A stretch of DNA of 62,846 nt, filler included, from Candidatus Babelota bacterium (GTDB lineage Bacteria; JAGOBX01), in the NCBI GenBank assembly GCA_017999075.1. It is 10 parts of 10 records of this genome, joined end to end, with 100 filler letters (N's around TTAATTAATTAA, not from the genome) between each part and the next. Parts side by side here need not be neighbours in the genome. Positions count along the whole stretch, not along the records: positions 28,965 to 40,550 come from JAGOBX010000065.1; positions 40,651 to 43,235 come from JAGOBX010000583.1; positions 43,336 to 45,920 come from JAGOBX010000582.1; positions 46,021 to 57,509 come from JAGOBX010000066.1; 6 more parts are not named here. One strand, given 5' to 3'. Position 1 is the stretch's first letter; the number at the start of each line of letters is the position of its first letter. Positions 38,418 through 49,000 of the stretch are shown piece after piece. The position numbers and the translations under genes are program-made. The notes under the pieces were generated by a model that was not told where the DNA came from, made no database searches, and saw nothing but the letters and a program-made list of their open reading frames with translations.

Positions 38418-39137
38418 ATGGACCCGCGTATTTCAATTATAGATAAACGGTTAGCTGAAGTTAAACGGATTATTGCTGTTTCGGGAGGCAAAGGAGGAGT
38501 AGGTAAAAGTTCGGCTGCAGCTGCTCTATCGCTTTGTTTAAGTGATTCAGGTTATAAAACCGGGCTGATAGATCTTGATTTAAACGGATATTCATCACAC
38601 GTAATATTAAATATTTCAGATAAGCTTTTTCCAAAAGAAGAAAAAGGCCTTGTTCCTCCTGAAATTAATGGAATAAAATATATGACAGCATATTTTTTTT
38701 CAAAGAATAATGCTGCTCCTTTGCGAGGATACGATATTTCAAATGCGATAATAGAAATATTCACTATTACGATATGGGATAAACTTGATTTTCTTATTAT
38801 TGATATGCCTCCAGGTCTTGGGGATACAACTCTTGACACTATAAGATTATTAAAAAAAATGGAATTTTTATTAATTACAACTCCATCAAAAATTTCTCAT
38901 GAAGTGTTAAAAAAAGAAGTTTCGATATTAAATGAACTGAAAATTAATATTGTTGGCATTGTTCAAAATATGCAAAAAGATGATTTGCCTTTAATAAACA
39001 TAAGTAATATTGATTTTTTGGGAATTATTGATTTTGATAACAAATATGAATCTTCATTGGGAAATATTGATAAATTAAAGAAAACCGGATTTTATGAAGA
39101 TATTATGCGTGTTTCAAAAAAAATATTGAATAAATAA
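38418..39137 (+). CDS. Mrp/MinD-family ATPase, probable ATPase-type HypB
   Basis: MDPR..I..RL..VKRIIAV, GKGGVGKS, DLD, PLRG..IS.AIIE..TIT.W..LDFLIIDMPPGLGD; starts 6 nt after hypA. No Mrp CxxC motifs. Confidence 0.85.
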   Translation: MDPRISIIDKRLAEVKRIIAVSGGKGGVGKSSAAAALSLCLSDSGYKTGLIDLDLNGYSSHVILNISDKLFPKEEKGLVPPEINGIKYMTAYFFSKNNAAPLRGYDISNAIIEIFTITIWDKLDFLIIDMPPGLGDTTLDTIRLLKKMEFLLITTPSKISHEVLKKEVSILNELKINIVGIVQNMQKDDLPLINISNIDFLGIIDFDNKYESSLGNIDKLKKTGFYEDIMRVSKKILNK

Positions 39138-39177
39138 CGAATGAAAGTATAATTTTAACTATAAAATTTTATAATAT

Positions 39178-39216
39178 AAAATTATCCGAAATTAAAGGAA
39201 CGGATAATTTTTTTAT
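39178..39216 (+). terminator. Probable intrinsic terminator of the hydrogenase maturation operon
   Basis: AAAATTATCCG-loop-CGGATAATTTT followed by a T run. Confidence 0.7.
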
Positions 39217-39309
39217 TTTTAATAATAAAGTAACATTTAATGAGATATTTAAAATGCAGTTTGTATTTTTAAATATCGCATAACATTAATTTTTGGAGGG
39301 TGCTGTTTT

Positions 39310-40305
39310 ATGAAAAAAAGTTTTTTTATGGTCATTTTATTATTTGTTGTTATGTTATCTGCCTGTTCAAAAAAAGAAGAATCTAAAATATCAGAACCTC
39401 AGGTAAAAATGAAAAGCATATATTTAATAACTTATAAAGAAGATCAATATTACACTAACAACCACATAAAACGTTTAAAAGAATTTTTGTCGAAAAACAA
39501 TTTTCAAGAAAATAAAGATTATTATTTGAAGATACTTTCAGCTCAATCTGATATGTCTATTATACCAATGCTTGTAGATAAAGCTAAAAATGATAAACCC
39601 GACCTGCTGATTACATTTCATTCTGCAGTATTGTACGCCGCCATAAACAGGGCTAATGAATTAAAGAAAGTTTTTTCGATTGTAGCCAATCCTTTTATTT
39701 TGGGTGTTGGAAAATCAGATACTGATCATCTTGCCAATATAACCGGATGTTATAACGATGATCCTATTTTTCAGCTTATAAGTTTTTCGAAAGAAGCTGT
39801 TCCGTCTATAAAAAAAATCGGATTGATTTATATGCTCGGAGAAGAAGAATCCGAATATTTGAAGAATGAAGTTATTGCTGAGGCGAAAAAAAACAATGTT
39901 ACAATTGAAGCTCAGCCGTATACTGAACAGAACGGAATCACAGAAGCTGTAAATTCATTGTTAACAAAAAAAATTGATGCGGTGATCCATATGGCTGATT
40001 TGAACGGAGATATAAGTTATCAGATATTATCTAAAAAAACTTTTGAAAATAAGATTCCTTTTTTAGCTTACTGGAATGAAGAAAATTCAAAAGCTTTGAT
40101 AGTTTGCGAGGATGATGATTCTTCTGATTTTAATGAATTTGCAAATTTATCGCTTCGAATACTGCAGGGAGCAGATCCTACTAAGATACCATTTATAAAT
40201 ACATCATCTTCAAATAAATTTTTTATAAATAAAAAAGTTGCTGAATCTATGGGAATTCATATTTCAGAAAATGCTTTGAAAAAAGCTGATAAAATTATCG
40301 AGTAA
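39310..40305 (+). CDS. ABC-type substrate-binding lipoprotein (ABC_sub_bind family)
   Basis: Lipobox LSAC; SAQSD, PDLLITF, NITG, KKIGLIY, RILQGADP..IP; paralogous to 1782-2813. Confidence 0.85.
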   Translation: MKKSFFMVILLFVVMLSACSKKEESKISEPQVKMKSIYLITYKEDQYYTNNHIKRLKEFLSKNNFQENKDYYLKILSAQSDMSIIPMLVDKAKNDKPDLLITFHSAVLYAAINRANELKKVFSIVANPFILGVGKSDTDHLANITGCYNDDPIFQLISFSKEAVPSIKKIGLIYMLGEEESEYLKNEVIAEAKKNNVTIEAQPYTEQNGITEAVNSLLTKKIDAVIHMADLNGDISYQILSKKTFENKIPFLAYWNEENSKALIVCEDDDSSDFNEFANLSLRILQGADPTKIPFINTSSSNKFFINKKVAESMGIHISENALKKADKIIE

Positions 40306-40359
40306 AAAAGTTAAAAGTTAATTGTTTCAAAGTTAACAAAGATAATAAAAGGCGGAAAA

Positions 40360-40550
40360 ATGAAATTAAAAAATAAACTGATGATACCGTCAATAGGCGG
40401 ACTTGTAATATTAGCAGTCATACTTGTTATAGCAGCTAATTATTATTCTTTGAAAAATTTTGATATAACTTTGAAAAACGGTATTGTTCAGAAAAAAACT
40501 GATATAGAGAAAAATATAAATTATCTTGCATATTCAGCTAAAGTAATAGC
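40360..40550 (+). CDS. N-terminus of a membrane-anchored sensor (chemoreceptor- or kinase-like), truncated
   Basis: MKLKNKLM followed by one TM helix and a helical periplasmic start; cut by the contig edge. Confidence 0.5.
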
Positions 40551-40710
40551 NNNNNNNNNNNNNNNNNNNNNNNNNNNNNNNNNNNNNNNNNNNNTTAATT
40601 AATTAANNNNNNNNNNNNNNNNNNNNNNNNNNNNNNNNNNNNNNNNNNNNCAAAAATATATTATATTTTTTCAAATTAAAAATTGAAGTGAATATTGTGG
40701 AATCCTTATT

Positions 40711-41214
40711 ATGATTATAACAAAAAATTTGTATACTCCAAAAAAATTTGATTATGTCAGAGGAATTAAACCAAAAGTTAAATGTATATTATGTTCTGTA
40801 TTGAATAATGAGCCTGAAGTTGATAAACTGATAATTTTTAAAGGGGTTACAATGAACATAACAATGAATTTATTTCCTTATAATCCCGGGCATATAATGA
40901 TTTTTCCTTCAAGACATATTGAAGACACGCGGAATCTTACAGAACAAGAATGGAAAGAAATTTTTGATTTAAAAAAGTTATCTCTTGACTGCCTTGAAGA
41001 AGTTTATAAGCCGTCAGGATTCAATATGGGTTTTAATATAGGTCATTTTGGAGGGGCAAGTATTGAACATATTCATTTTCATATTGTGCCGAGATATAAA
41101 AATGAAATAGGATTCATGGAATTGTTCAGCGATGCGCGAATTATAGTGGAAAATCCTAAAAAAACAATGAATAAACTCAAAAAAATGTTTAAATCTAAAA
41201 TTAAACTTAGATAA
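40711..41214 (+). CDS. HIT-family hydrolase (Ap4A phosphorylase/hydrolase-like)
   Basis: CILC, NLFPYNPGHIMIFP, GFNMGFNIG, histidine triad HIHFHIVPR. Confidence 0.92.
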   Translation: MIITKNLYTPKKFDYVRGIKPKVKCILCSVLNNEPEVDKLIIFKGVTMNITMNLFPYNPGHIMIFPSRHIEDTRNLTEQEWKEIFDLKKLSLDCLEEVYKPSGFNMGFNIGHFGGASIEHIHFHIVPRYKNEIGFMELFSDARIIVENPKKTMNKLKKMFKSKIKLR

Positions 41215-41290
41215 ATTTAATATCGATAAAAAAATAAAGTTGTTTAATTTAAAACATAAAATATTATTAATATAAGTAAGGTGAGTTATT

Positions 41291-41683
41291 TTGATAATTG
41301 TAACAGCTGCTGTAATAAAAAATAAGAATAATAAAATTCTTATAACACAAAGAAAAAAAACTTCGCACAACGCATTGAAATGGGAATTTCCTGGAGGCAC
41401 GCTTGAACCTGATGAATCGCCGGAACAATGTATTATAAGAGAAATAAAGGAAGAACTTAATATTAATATCGGAGTTATAGATATATTGAAAGTTATATAT
41501 CATAAATATAAAGAAAAAACAGTAATGCTTCTTGTTTATGAATGCAAATATATTTCAGGGAAACTTGAAAAAATTGAATGCAATGATGCTAAATGGGTTA
41601 ATCCTGAAGAATTTTTGAAATTCGATTTTGCAGAAGCTGATTTACCTGCTGTAGAAAAAATAATAAACTCCCACAAAAATTAG
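41291..41683 (+). CDS. MutT/NudG-like Nudix hydrolase
   Basis: WEFPGG plus Nudix box GTLEPDESPEQCIIREIKEEL; FAEADLP. Confidence 0.9.
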   Translation: MIIVTAAVIKNKNNKILITQRKKTSHNALKWEFPGGTLEPDESPEQCIIREIKEELNINIGVIDILKVIYHKYKEKTVMLLVYECKYISGKLEKIECNDAKWVNPEEFLKFDFAEADLPAVEKIINSHKN

Positions 41684-41693
41684 ATGCAAGGTT

Positions 41694-43235
41694 ATGTTAT
41701 CAAAAAATAAATTTTTATCTTTTTTTTTAATTATTATATTTTTCATACAATATTTTTTTCCAACAGTTTTGTCTGCTGAAATAAAAACAATAAAATTATG
41801 GACTTTCTGGGAACAGGATTTGTTCCAGGATGGAATAGATATATTTTTAAAAAATAATCCTGATTATAAAATAGAGTATCAACAATTGTCGTGGGCCAGC
41901 GGCAAAGATAAGATTGTAACTTCTGTGGCTGGAGGAGCAGAACCTGATATTATAGAATTAGGTTCCACATGGATGTCGGAATTTATGGAATATAATTCTC
42001 TTGCAGATATTACTGATTTTTATGAAAAATCATATTTTGTCGGAGGCTTTGAATCTGCGGTTAAAAAAGGAAAGATATACGGGCTGCCTTTATTCGGGTC
42101 AGTAAATATAATTTATTATAATAAAAAATTATTTAGAGACGCAGGTATAAATTCACCTCCAAAAACTTTAAAAGAATTATTGGAAGTTTCAGAGAAAATT
42201 AAAAAATCTGGAAATGATGTTTTCGGTTTTTCAATTAAAATTTCAAGTAAAATTACCACGTGGCAAAAATTCATACCGTTTTTATGGACATTAAAAGGGA
42301 AAATATTGAATGATGATTTTTCAGAAGTTATGATTAATAACAATGAGATAATATCGGGATTTGAATATTATAAGGAACTTGCCAAATCTTCGTATATAGG
42401 AACACAGGATTCTGCCAGACAGGCATTTTATATGGGTAAACTCGGAATGATATTTGACGGTCCTGGCCTTGACCTGGAAAAAAAAGCTCCTGAACTTGAA
42501 TGGGATTATTTTCTTATGCCTGGGTTAACAGAAAATCAGCCAGGGAAAAGTTTTACAGGAGTTGATTATCTTGCTGTTTTTGATAATAGCAAGCATAAAT
42601 CTAAGGCAGTTGAACTAATGAATCTGCTTGCTGAAACCTGCAGAATATCAGATAAGATAAAGACCTTGCTTCCATTTCATAAATCCAATTTAGATAATTA
42701 TTTAAAAAAGTTTCCGCAAGGAATTTATTACGCGGAACAATTGAAAAATTCTATGACTTCTCAGCCGTATGTTAAATGGGAATCGCTTATGGAAGTTTTA
42801 AATTATGGAATTGAATCCGTAATATTGAATAAAAGTTCCGTAAAGGAAGCTATACTTAAAACGCAGCAGGAAATGAATGATATACTTAATGCTGATAGAA
42901 AATCAGGTAAAAAAATTAATATGAAAATTATTGATTTTGGAATATTTATTACAGGACTTATTTTTATAGTTTGGCTGATTGTTAAAATTAAAAATAAATC
43001 TATCATAACTTTTTTGTCGCCATGGGTTATTTCATTTTTATTTTTCAGTTTATATCCTGTTTTACATTCGATATTCGTAAGTTTTACAAATTATAATCCG
43101 TTAACTCCTGATAAAGTTTATTTATTGAATTTTAAGAATTATTCGGAAATAATCAAAGATGAACATTTTATTACAGCATTTAAAAATACAATAATTTTTA
43201 CAGGAATATCCATTCCTGTTACTACAGTGATAGCT
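41694..43235 (+). CDS. Fused sugar ABC solute-binding protein and MalF-type permease (3' truncated)
   Basis: SBP_bac_1-type motifs (EPDIIELGSTW, GKIYGLP, YYNKKLFRDAGI) continue in frame into TM helices with FLSPW...YPVLHSIFVSFTNY...FKNY...AFKNTIIF. Confidence 0.85.
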
Positions 43236-43647
43236 NNNNNNNNNNNNNNNNNNNNNNNNNNNNNNNNNNNNNNNNNNNNTTAATTAATTAANNNNNNNNN
43301 NNNNNNNNNNNNNNNNNNNNNNNNNNNNNNNNNNNGTAATTAGTTGTGCAGAGATCAGGAAATTTTTCTGATTTGATGTTTTATACTTTGTATATGATGT
43401 TAGCCTTTACAATTAAGCGTGAAATGGATATTTTACACAATCCAAAACGTATTTTATGAGTCATTTTAACCGGTTAATATTAATTAATTTTTCACCGGAG
43501 AAGATTCCAGTTTATGTGGTTTTTCATGACTCGTTAAGATTTTAAAACCTTAAATGTCCGGTTTTGAAATTTATATCTTAAACTGAATTTTCTTCAGAGA
43601 AAATTTAAATCAAATACACATGTTATTTCAAACTTCGATTTACCACA

Positions 43648-45282
43648 TTGACTAAGACTAACAGATACATTCTGTTTCTTATTCTGCCCATTTTATATTT
43701 TCTATCTTCCTATATTTTAAAGTCAGCTCAGGGACCTTATTATCTGAATTTCTATGATCCGGGTTATGTATATCTGATCAGTTCACTGAATATTGCGCAG
43801 GGATCCGGTGTCGGTCATTTTGATCATCCGGGCACTACTGTTCAGTTGATCGGAGCAGTTATAATAAAAATTTTTTTTGCATTATCGGGAAAAGATTCTG
43901 ACATTTCAATCGATGTCTTATCAAGACCTGAAGATTATTTGTATATCCTGAATACATCGTTCATTCTGATAAATTCGGTTGTTCTTGTTATTCTGGGTTT
44001 ACTTGCTTATAAACTCTCGAAGAACATATATCTCAGCCTGCTTCTTCAGCTTTCGCCGTTTACATCTATGGAAATATTTTATGGTTCTATTATAGTCAGT
44101 CCTGATAATTTTTTAATTGCAGTGTCATTGCTTTTTATCTGTGCGCTTCTACTATATTGGTTTAATGATAATAGTGAAGACAATAATGATCCGCCTTCTC
44201 TGAAACTTATTATCGTATTTGCAGTTATCTGCGGGCTTGGGCTTGCGACAAAATTAACATTTATTCCGTTGGTTTTTATTCCGTTCTTTCTAATTACGGG
44301 ATATAAGAACAGAATGTATTTCTGGATCTTTACTGTAGTTAGTTTTTTGATCTTCATATTTCCCATACTTTTTGATCTCAGCCATTTTGCGCTTTGGATC
44401 GAGAACCTTGTTATGAAAAGCGGCAAGTATGGAAAAGGGGATTCCAATGTGGTTGATACGAATTTACTGATGCCTAATCTTAAGATGATATTTTCAAAAG
44501 ATCCCGTTTTTACCATAAGTTACATTACACTGATACTGACCTTTGTCTTTTCTATTGCCATATATAATAAAGAAAAAATTAACGGAGCAAAATATTTTAC
44601 AAAAGTAAATAAAATAATGCTGAGTTTACTGTTTGCAATTACTCTGCAGATAATGCTTGTTGCAAAACACTATGCTCAGCATTATCTGATCCCTTCTTTG
44701 ATGTTAAGCATTTTTATTTTAATATTTTGCATATATAAATTTCTCCCTTCTTTAGAAAAAGTCAATAAAAAAATTAATTCCGGAAATTGTTTTGCTGCTG
44801 TTTTTGTATTGATAACTCTATGGTCTGGAATCAGGATTCACGAATCATTCAATGCAGCTGTTTTTTTTAGAAAAGAAGCATTTAGTTCTCTGGAATATAT
44901 AAAAGATAATTATTCGAATAATATGTTAATATCAGATTTCAGAAGTGCAAACATAGAAAGTGCATTGGCTTTCTCAGTCAGATACGCCGCCGGGAAAAAG
45001 ACAATGTATGAAAATATTATTTCTGGGAAAAACAAGTCTCAGGTATTTTATGATCCATGGAATAATCGTTTTTACAAGACTTCGAATCCGGGTGAATTTA
45101 GAAACGATATTCTGAATGTCAAAAAGCAAAATGAAAAGTTAGTTTTGCAAATGTATGACGGATTACCTGAAAAACTTGTTGATAAGTTAGATGAAACATG
45201 TAATATAAAAAATTCAACTTATAAAGAAGTTTTTTCCAACGGGAATGGGGAAAGAATTTATGAAGTCACGATTGGGAAATAA
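43648..45282 (+). CDS. Uncharacterised multi-pass membrane protein, GT-C glycosyltransferase-like
   Basis: YDPGYVYL, HFDHPGT and GLGLATKLTF among many TM helices; TTG start. Confidence 0.6.
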   Translation: MTKTNRYILFLILPILYFLSSYILKSAQGPYYLNFYDPGYVYLISSLNIAQGSGVGHFDHPGTTVQLIGAVIIKIFFALSGKDSDISIDVLSRPEDYLYILNTSFILINSVVLVILGLLAYKLSKNIYLSLLLQLSPFTSMEIFYGSIIVSPDNFLIAVSLLFICALLLYWFNDNSEDNNDPPSLKLIIVFAVICGLGLATKLTFIPLVFIPFFLITGYKNRMYFWIFTVVSFLIFIFPILFDLSHFALWIENLVMKSGKYGKGDSNVVDTNLLMPNLKMIFSKDPVFTISYITLILTFVFSIAIYNKEKINGAKYFTKVNKIMLSLLFAITLQIMLVAKHYAQHYLIPSLMLSIFILIFCIYKFLPSLEKVNKKINSGNCFAAVFVLITLWSGIRIHESFNAAVFFRKEAFSSLEYIKDNYSNNMLISDFRSANIESALAFSVRYAAGKKTMYENIISGKNKSQVFYDPWNNRFYKTSNPGEFRNDILNVKKQNEKLVLQMYDGLPEKLVDKLDETCNIKNSTYKEVFSNGNGERIYEVTIGK

Positions 45283-45306
45283 AAAACCCGTTTGCTATAA
45301 CGGGTT
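45281..45306 (-). terminator. Probable intrinsic terminator between the convergent membrane-protein gene and msrA
   Basis: AACCCGTT-TGCTAT-AACGGGTT stem with a T run on the minus strand. Confidence 0.65.
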
Positions 45307-45324
45307 AATCTATATAGTATTTTT

Positions 45325-45351
45325 CTCAATACTCAATACTCAATACTCAAT
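45325..45351. repeat. 7-bp tandem repeat, (CTCAATA)x3 plus CTCAAT
   Basis: CTCAATACTCAATACTCAATACTCAAT overlaps the msrA stop codon. Confidence 0.9.
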
Positions 45352-45880
45352 TATCTTTTATCAAATCCTTATACTCTTCATAAAACTTCGCGATCTTCGG
45401 TGCAATTACTATCGAACAATAAGACTTCTCCTTATTATTGTTATAATAATCCTGATGATAATCTTCTGCAGGATAATATACATCAAGCGCTGTTACTTCT
45501 GTTACAATCGGATCATCCCACAATCCTGAATCGGAAATTTTTTTAATAACATCTTCAGCAGATTTCTTCTGTTCATCAGAATTATAAAAAATTACTGATC
45601 TGTACTGCGTGCCGACATCATTTCCCTGCCTGTTCAATGTAGTCGGATCATGTATATGAAAAAAGATCTCAACTAACTTTACATAACTAATGATCTCCGG
45701 ATCAAAAGTGATCTTCACCACTTCCGCATGTCCTGTCTTTCCGCTGCAGACCTCTTCATATGTAGGGTTTTTTAAGTTACCGCCTGAATATCCCGACTCT
45801 ACTTTCTCAACGCCTTTTAACTCATTTAAAATTGCTTCGATACACCAGAAGCAGCCTCCTCCGAGAATTACACTATCCAA
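45347..45880 (-). CDS. msrA: Peptide methionine sulfoxide reductase MsrA
   Basis: GGGCFWC, GYSGG, TGHAEVV, HDPTTLNRQGNDVGTQYRS, AEDYHQDYY. TTG start after AAGGAG. Confidence 0.97.
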   Translation of the reverse strand: MDSVILGGGCFWCIEAILNELKGVEKVESGYSGGNLKNPTYEEVCSGKTGHAEVVKITFDPEIISYVKLVEIFFHIHDPTTLNRQGNDVGTQYRSVIFYNSDEQKKSAEDVIKKISDSGLWDDPIVTEVTALDVYYPAEDYHQDYYNNNKEKSYCSIVIAPKIAKFYEEYKDLIKDN

Positions 45881-46020
45881 TTTTATTTCATCTCCTTTCT
45901 GTGAGTGATTATAACTATAANNNNNNNNNNNNNNNNNNNNNNNNNNNNNNNNNNNNNNNNNNNNTTAATTAATTAANNNNNNNNNNNNNNNNNNNNNNNN
46001 NNNNNNNNNNNNNNNNNNNN

Positions 46021-49000
46021 AAATCCGCGTTGTCTGACTGCATTATCTGGTAATTGCTTACTGTGCCGTTATACGGTGTCCATACAAGCTGAACTTCGCC
46101 TGGGTTCGGATTTGTATATTGTGTGATTTCAAACTGCGGCGCTCCGCTGTTATTTCCTGCTTGAACATTATAAAGAACATTTGACTTAGCTAAAACATTT
46201 CCATTAATATCATATGCTTCCATATCCATTAAATAGTATTCACCTGGCTGCAATCCAGTAATTGTCCATTGTTTTAGAGAAGGTAAACCAAGATTTACTT
46301 CAATCTCATTATCAGTAAACATAGTTCCAATATCATACCAAAGTTTATAATATTGAAGATTCGGAATATTATCAGTCCAACTAATCGTTATTTCTCCTTG
46401 ATTTAAATTTTGTACAGAACTTAACATTATCGCTTCAGGAATATAAACACCTATAACTTCAATTGTCTGATACGGAGTTACTTCTTTGATAATTCCGTTT
46501 GCGTCAAGTGCATTAACTCTAACGTAAAATAACCCGCTATCGTCAATATTATTTATTGTATAAAAATTATTAAATATTTCCGGTTCAGATTCATAATTAT
46601 AAAAATTTTCATTTTTCGAATAAACTACTGTATATTTCACAACATCCTGCAGAGTTGAATTTGCCCATTGCAAATAAATTTGTCCAGCAGCAGGATTAGT
46701 TATTGATGTAATACTAAATGAAGAACCTGAATTTTGGTCAAAACCGCATACATATCTGCTTAAAACCGGAGTATGCCCTACTATCTGACCTTGATAAATT
46801 GCTAAAACAACAACATAATAAGTATCTGAATAATCTAAATTATTAATAGAATATTGAGTTGAAGTTATTCCTGAACCTATTATTTCCGGAGTAGCAAATA
46901 AATTATTTTTTCTAACCTGAATTCTATATTCATCAACTAACCCATTATACGCTCTCCATTCAAAAGAAACATTTCCAGGAGTATTATTAGTCACTTGAAG
47001 TAACTCAAATACATTTTCCGAACCTCCTGCATATTCATATATTCCTCTTGAAAAATTTGCAGATTGGTAATTTTCATTAATTGACATTACTGCAATATAA
47101 TATCCTATATTCGGTTGCAAGCCACTTAAAACTGCCTGTAAATTATTATTCACAAAATTTCTAGGTGAGTTTTCATTTATTTGTGAAACACTGTCATATA
47201 CAACAGAATATCCTATTATTCCTGCGCTATTATCTGCGCTCCAAGCTAAACTTATTTCTCCATTATTAGGTCCGCGCGAATATGAAGTGATATCAAAAGC
47301 AGTACCGCTTATATTATTCGGAGCACTGTTTTTTATCTGTATTCCAGAATAACCTATTTCATTACCACTGCTATTATATGCTCTAACTTCAACTTTATAA
47401 GAAGTATCAGGAAATAAAGCTACAAGCATCAAATAATTTCCTGTAATTTGTTCACTTGAATATTCATTGCCGCTGAAATCAGGATTAGCTCCACGTTCAT
47501 ACCACACTTTAAAAAATGAAACATCCTGAATATAACTGTTCCAGTTCACTTCAATACTTCCACCAACATTACCATCGGTTAAAGTCATTGTAATATTAGG
47601 CTGACTAGTTCCAGATCCTGTAACATAAATTTCCCAAGGAAGTGTCGGTTCTCCGTACGAATTATATTTGCTTCCATCCCAAACAACACCCTGAACTCTG
47701 AATTGATAAGTATCTCCGCCTGTTATTCCAAATATTGTTGCATTATTTCCTGAAAAAATTGTCACATCTGGAGTCCAATTAATTTCTCCTCTTTTTTGAT
47801 ATTCTACTCTATACGCCGGAACCGTCAATTCAGGATTACTATTCCATCCTATGAATACACTGTTATCTCCCTGTTGATTAAGAAAGTTTATTGCAAAAAC
47901 ATCACCTGAAGTGCCGCTGCCATTCGCATATCCTGGGACTACAAAAGTCTGTGCTTTTTTTGTATAAGCATCCCACGCTTCAACTTGTATGTAATATGTT
48001 TCTCCCACATTTAATCCGGTTATCGTAAAAAATGCTTCATTTATGAATTCACCTGCTATCTGAGCATTTGACATTTCATAATTGTTAGCATATAATACCT
48101 TATAATAATTGAATGTTCCTTGATATGCCGACCATTCCAAGTATATTTCTCCGGTATATGGAGAATTCATATTTGTAATAACAAACAAAGTATCTCCGCC
48201 TGTACCGCCTTGACCGTTAACATATATTGATCTTATCGGAGTTTGCTCAAGCATGTTTCCCATATCCCAGCGTTCTACTCTAAAATAATATGTATCCCCG
48301 AATAATATATTATTAACTATGAACAAGGTATCTGTAATATAATCTGCCACAATTGTAGAATTAGTCATTGATGGATCAGAAGAATGTGAACGGAATACTT
48401 TATAAACCCCAGAATAATTTGAAGATGTCCACTCAAGATATACTTCACCTTGATTTGATGTATTATATATTTCTTTTATTTCAAAAGATTCTTGACTTCC
48501 ACCACCGGTAGAAGCACTCACATTTTCAATAAAATTCGATTTACCGAGTATTTGCCCTTGTTCATTATACGCTTCAATCTGTACCCTATAATTCTGACCC
48601 TGAGTCAACTGAGTTATTTCATACATATTATTAGAAGCATATATTTCATTCAGTACAATTTTTTCTAAAGAAAAACTTGTTCCAGGTCCAGTTTCATATG
48701 TTATTGTATAATAATATACATTTTGTAAAGAATGTCCCCATGAAAGAGATATTGCACCATAATTACTTGTACTAGGATATCCAGACAAATAAATATTTTC
48801 CTGAGGCCCTGACTCGTTCATTCCTAAAATGTATCTAACTGCAACAGGTGTAGGCAATCCTGAAGCTACATCATTTATATATCCTTGAACTTTAAAGAAA
48901 TAAGTATCATTATATTGTATATTCATTATTGTAAACGCATTGTCAGTTAACAAATCTGTAGACTGAATATTCTCAGAAAATTCAGGATGTGTAGAATAAA

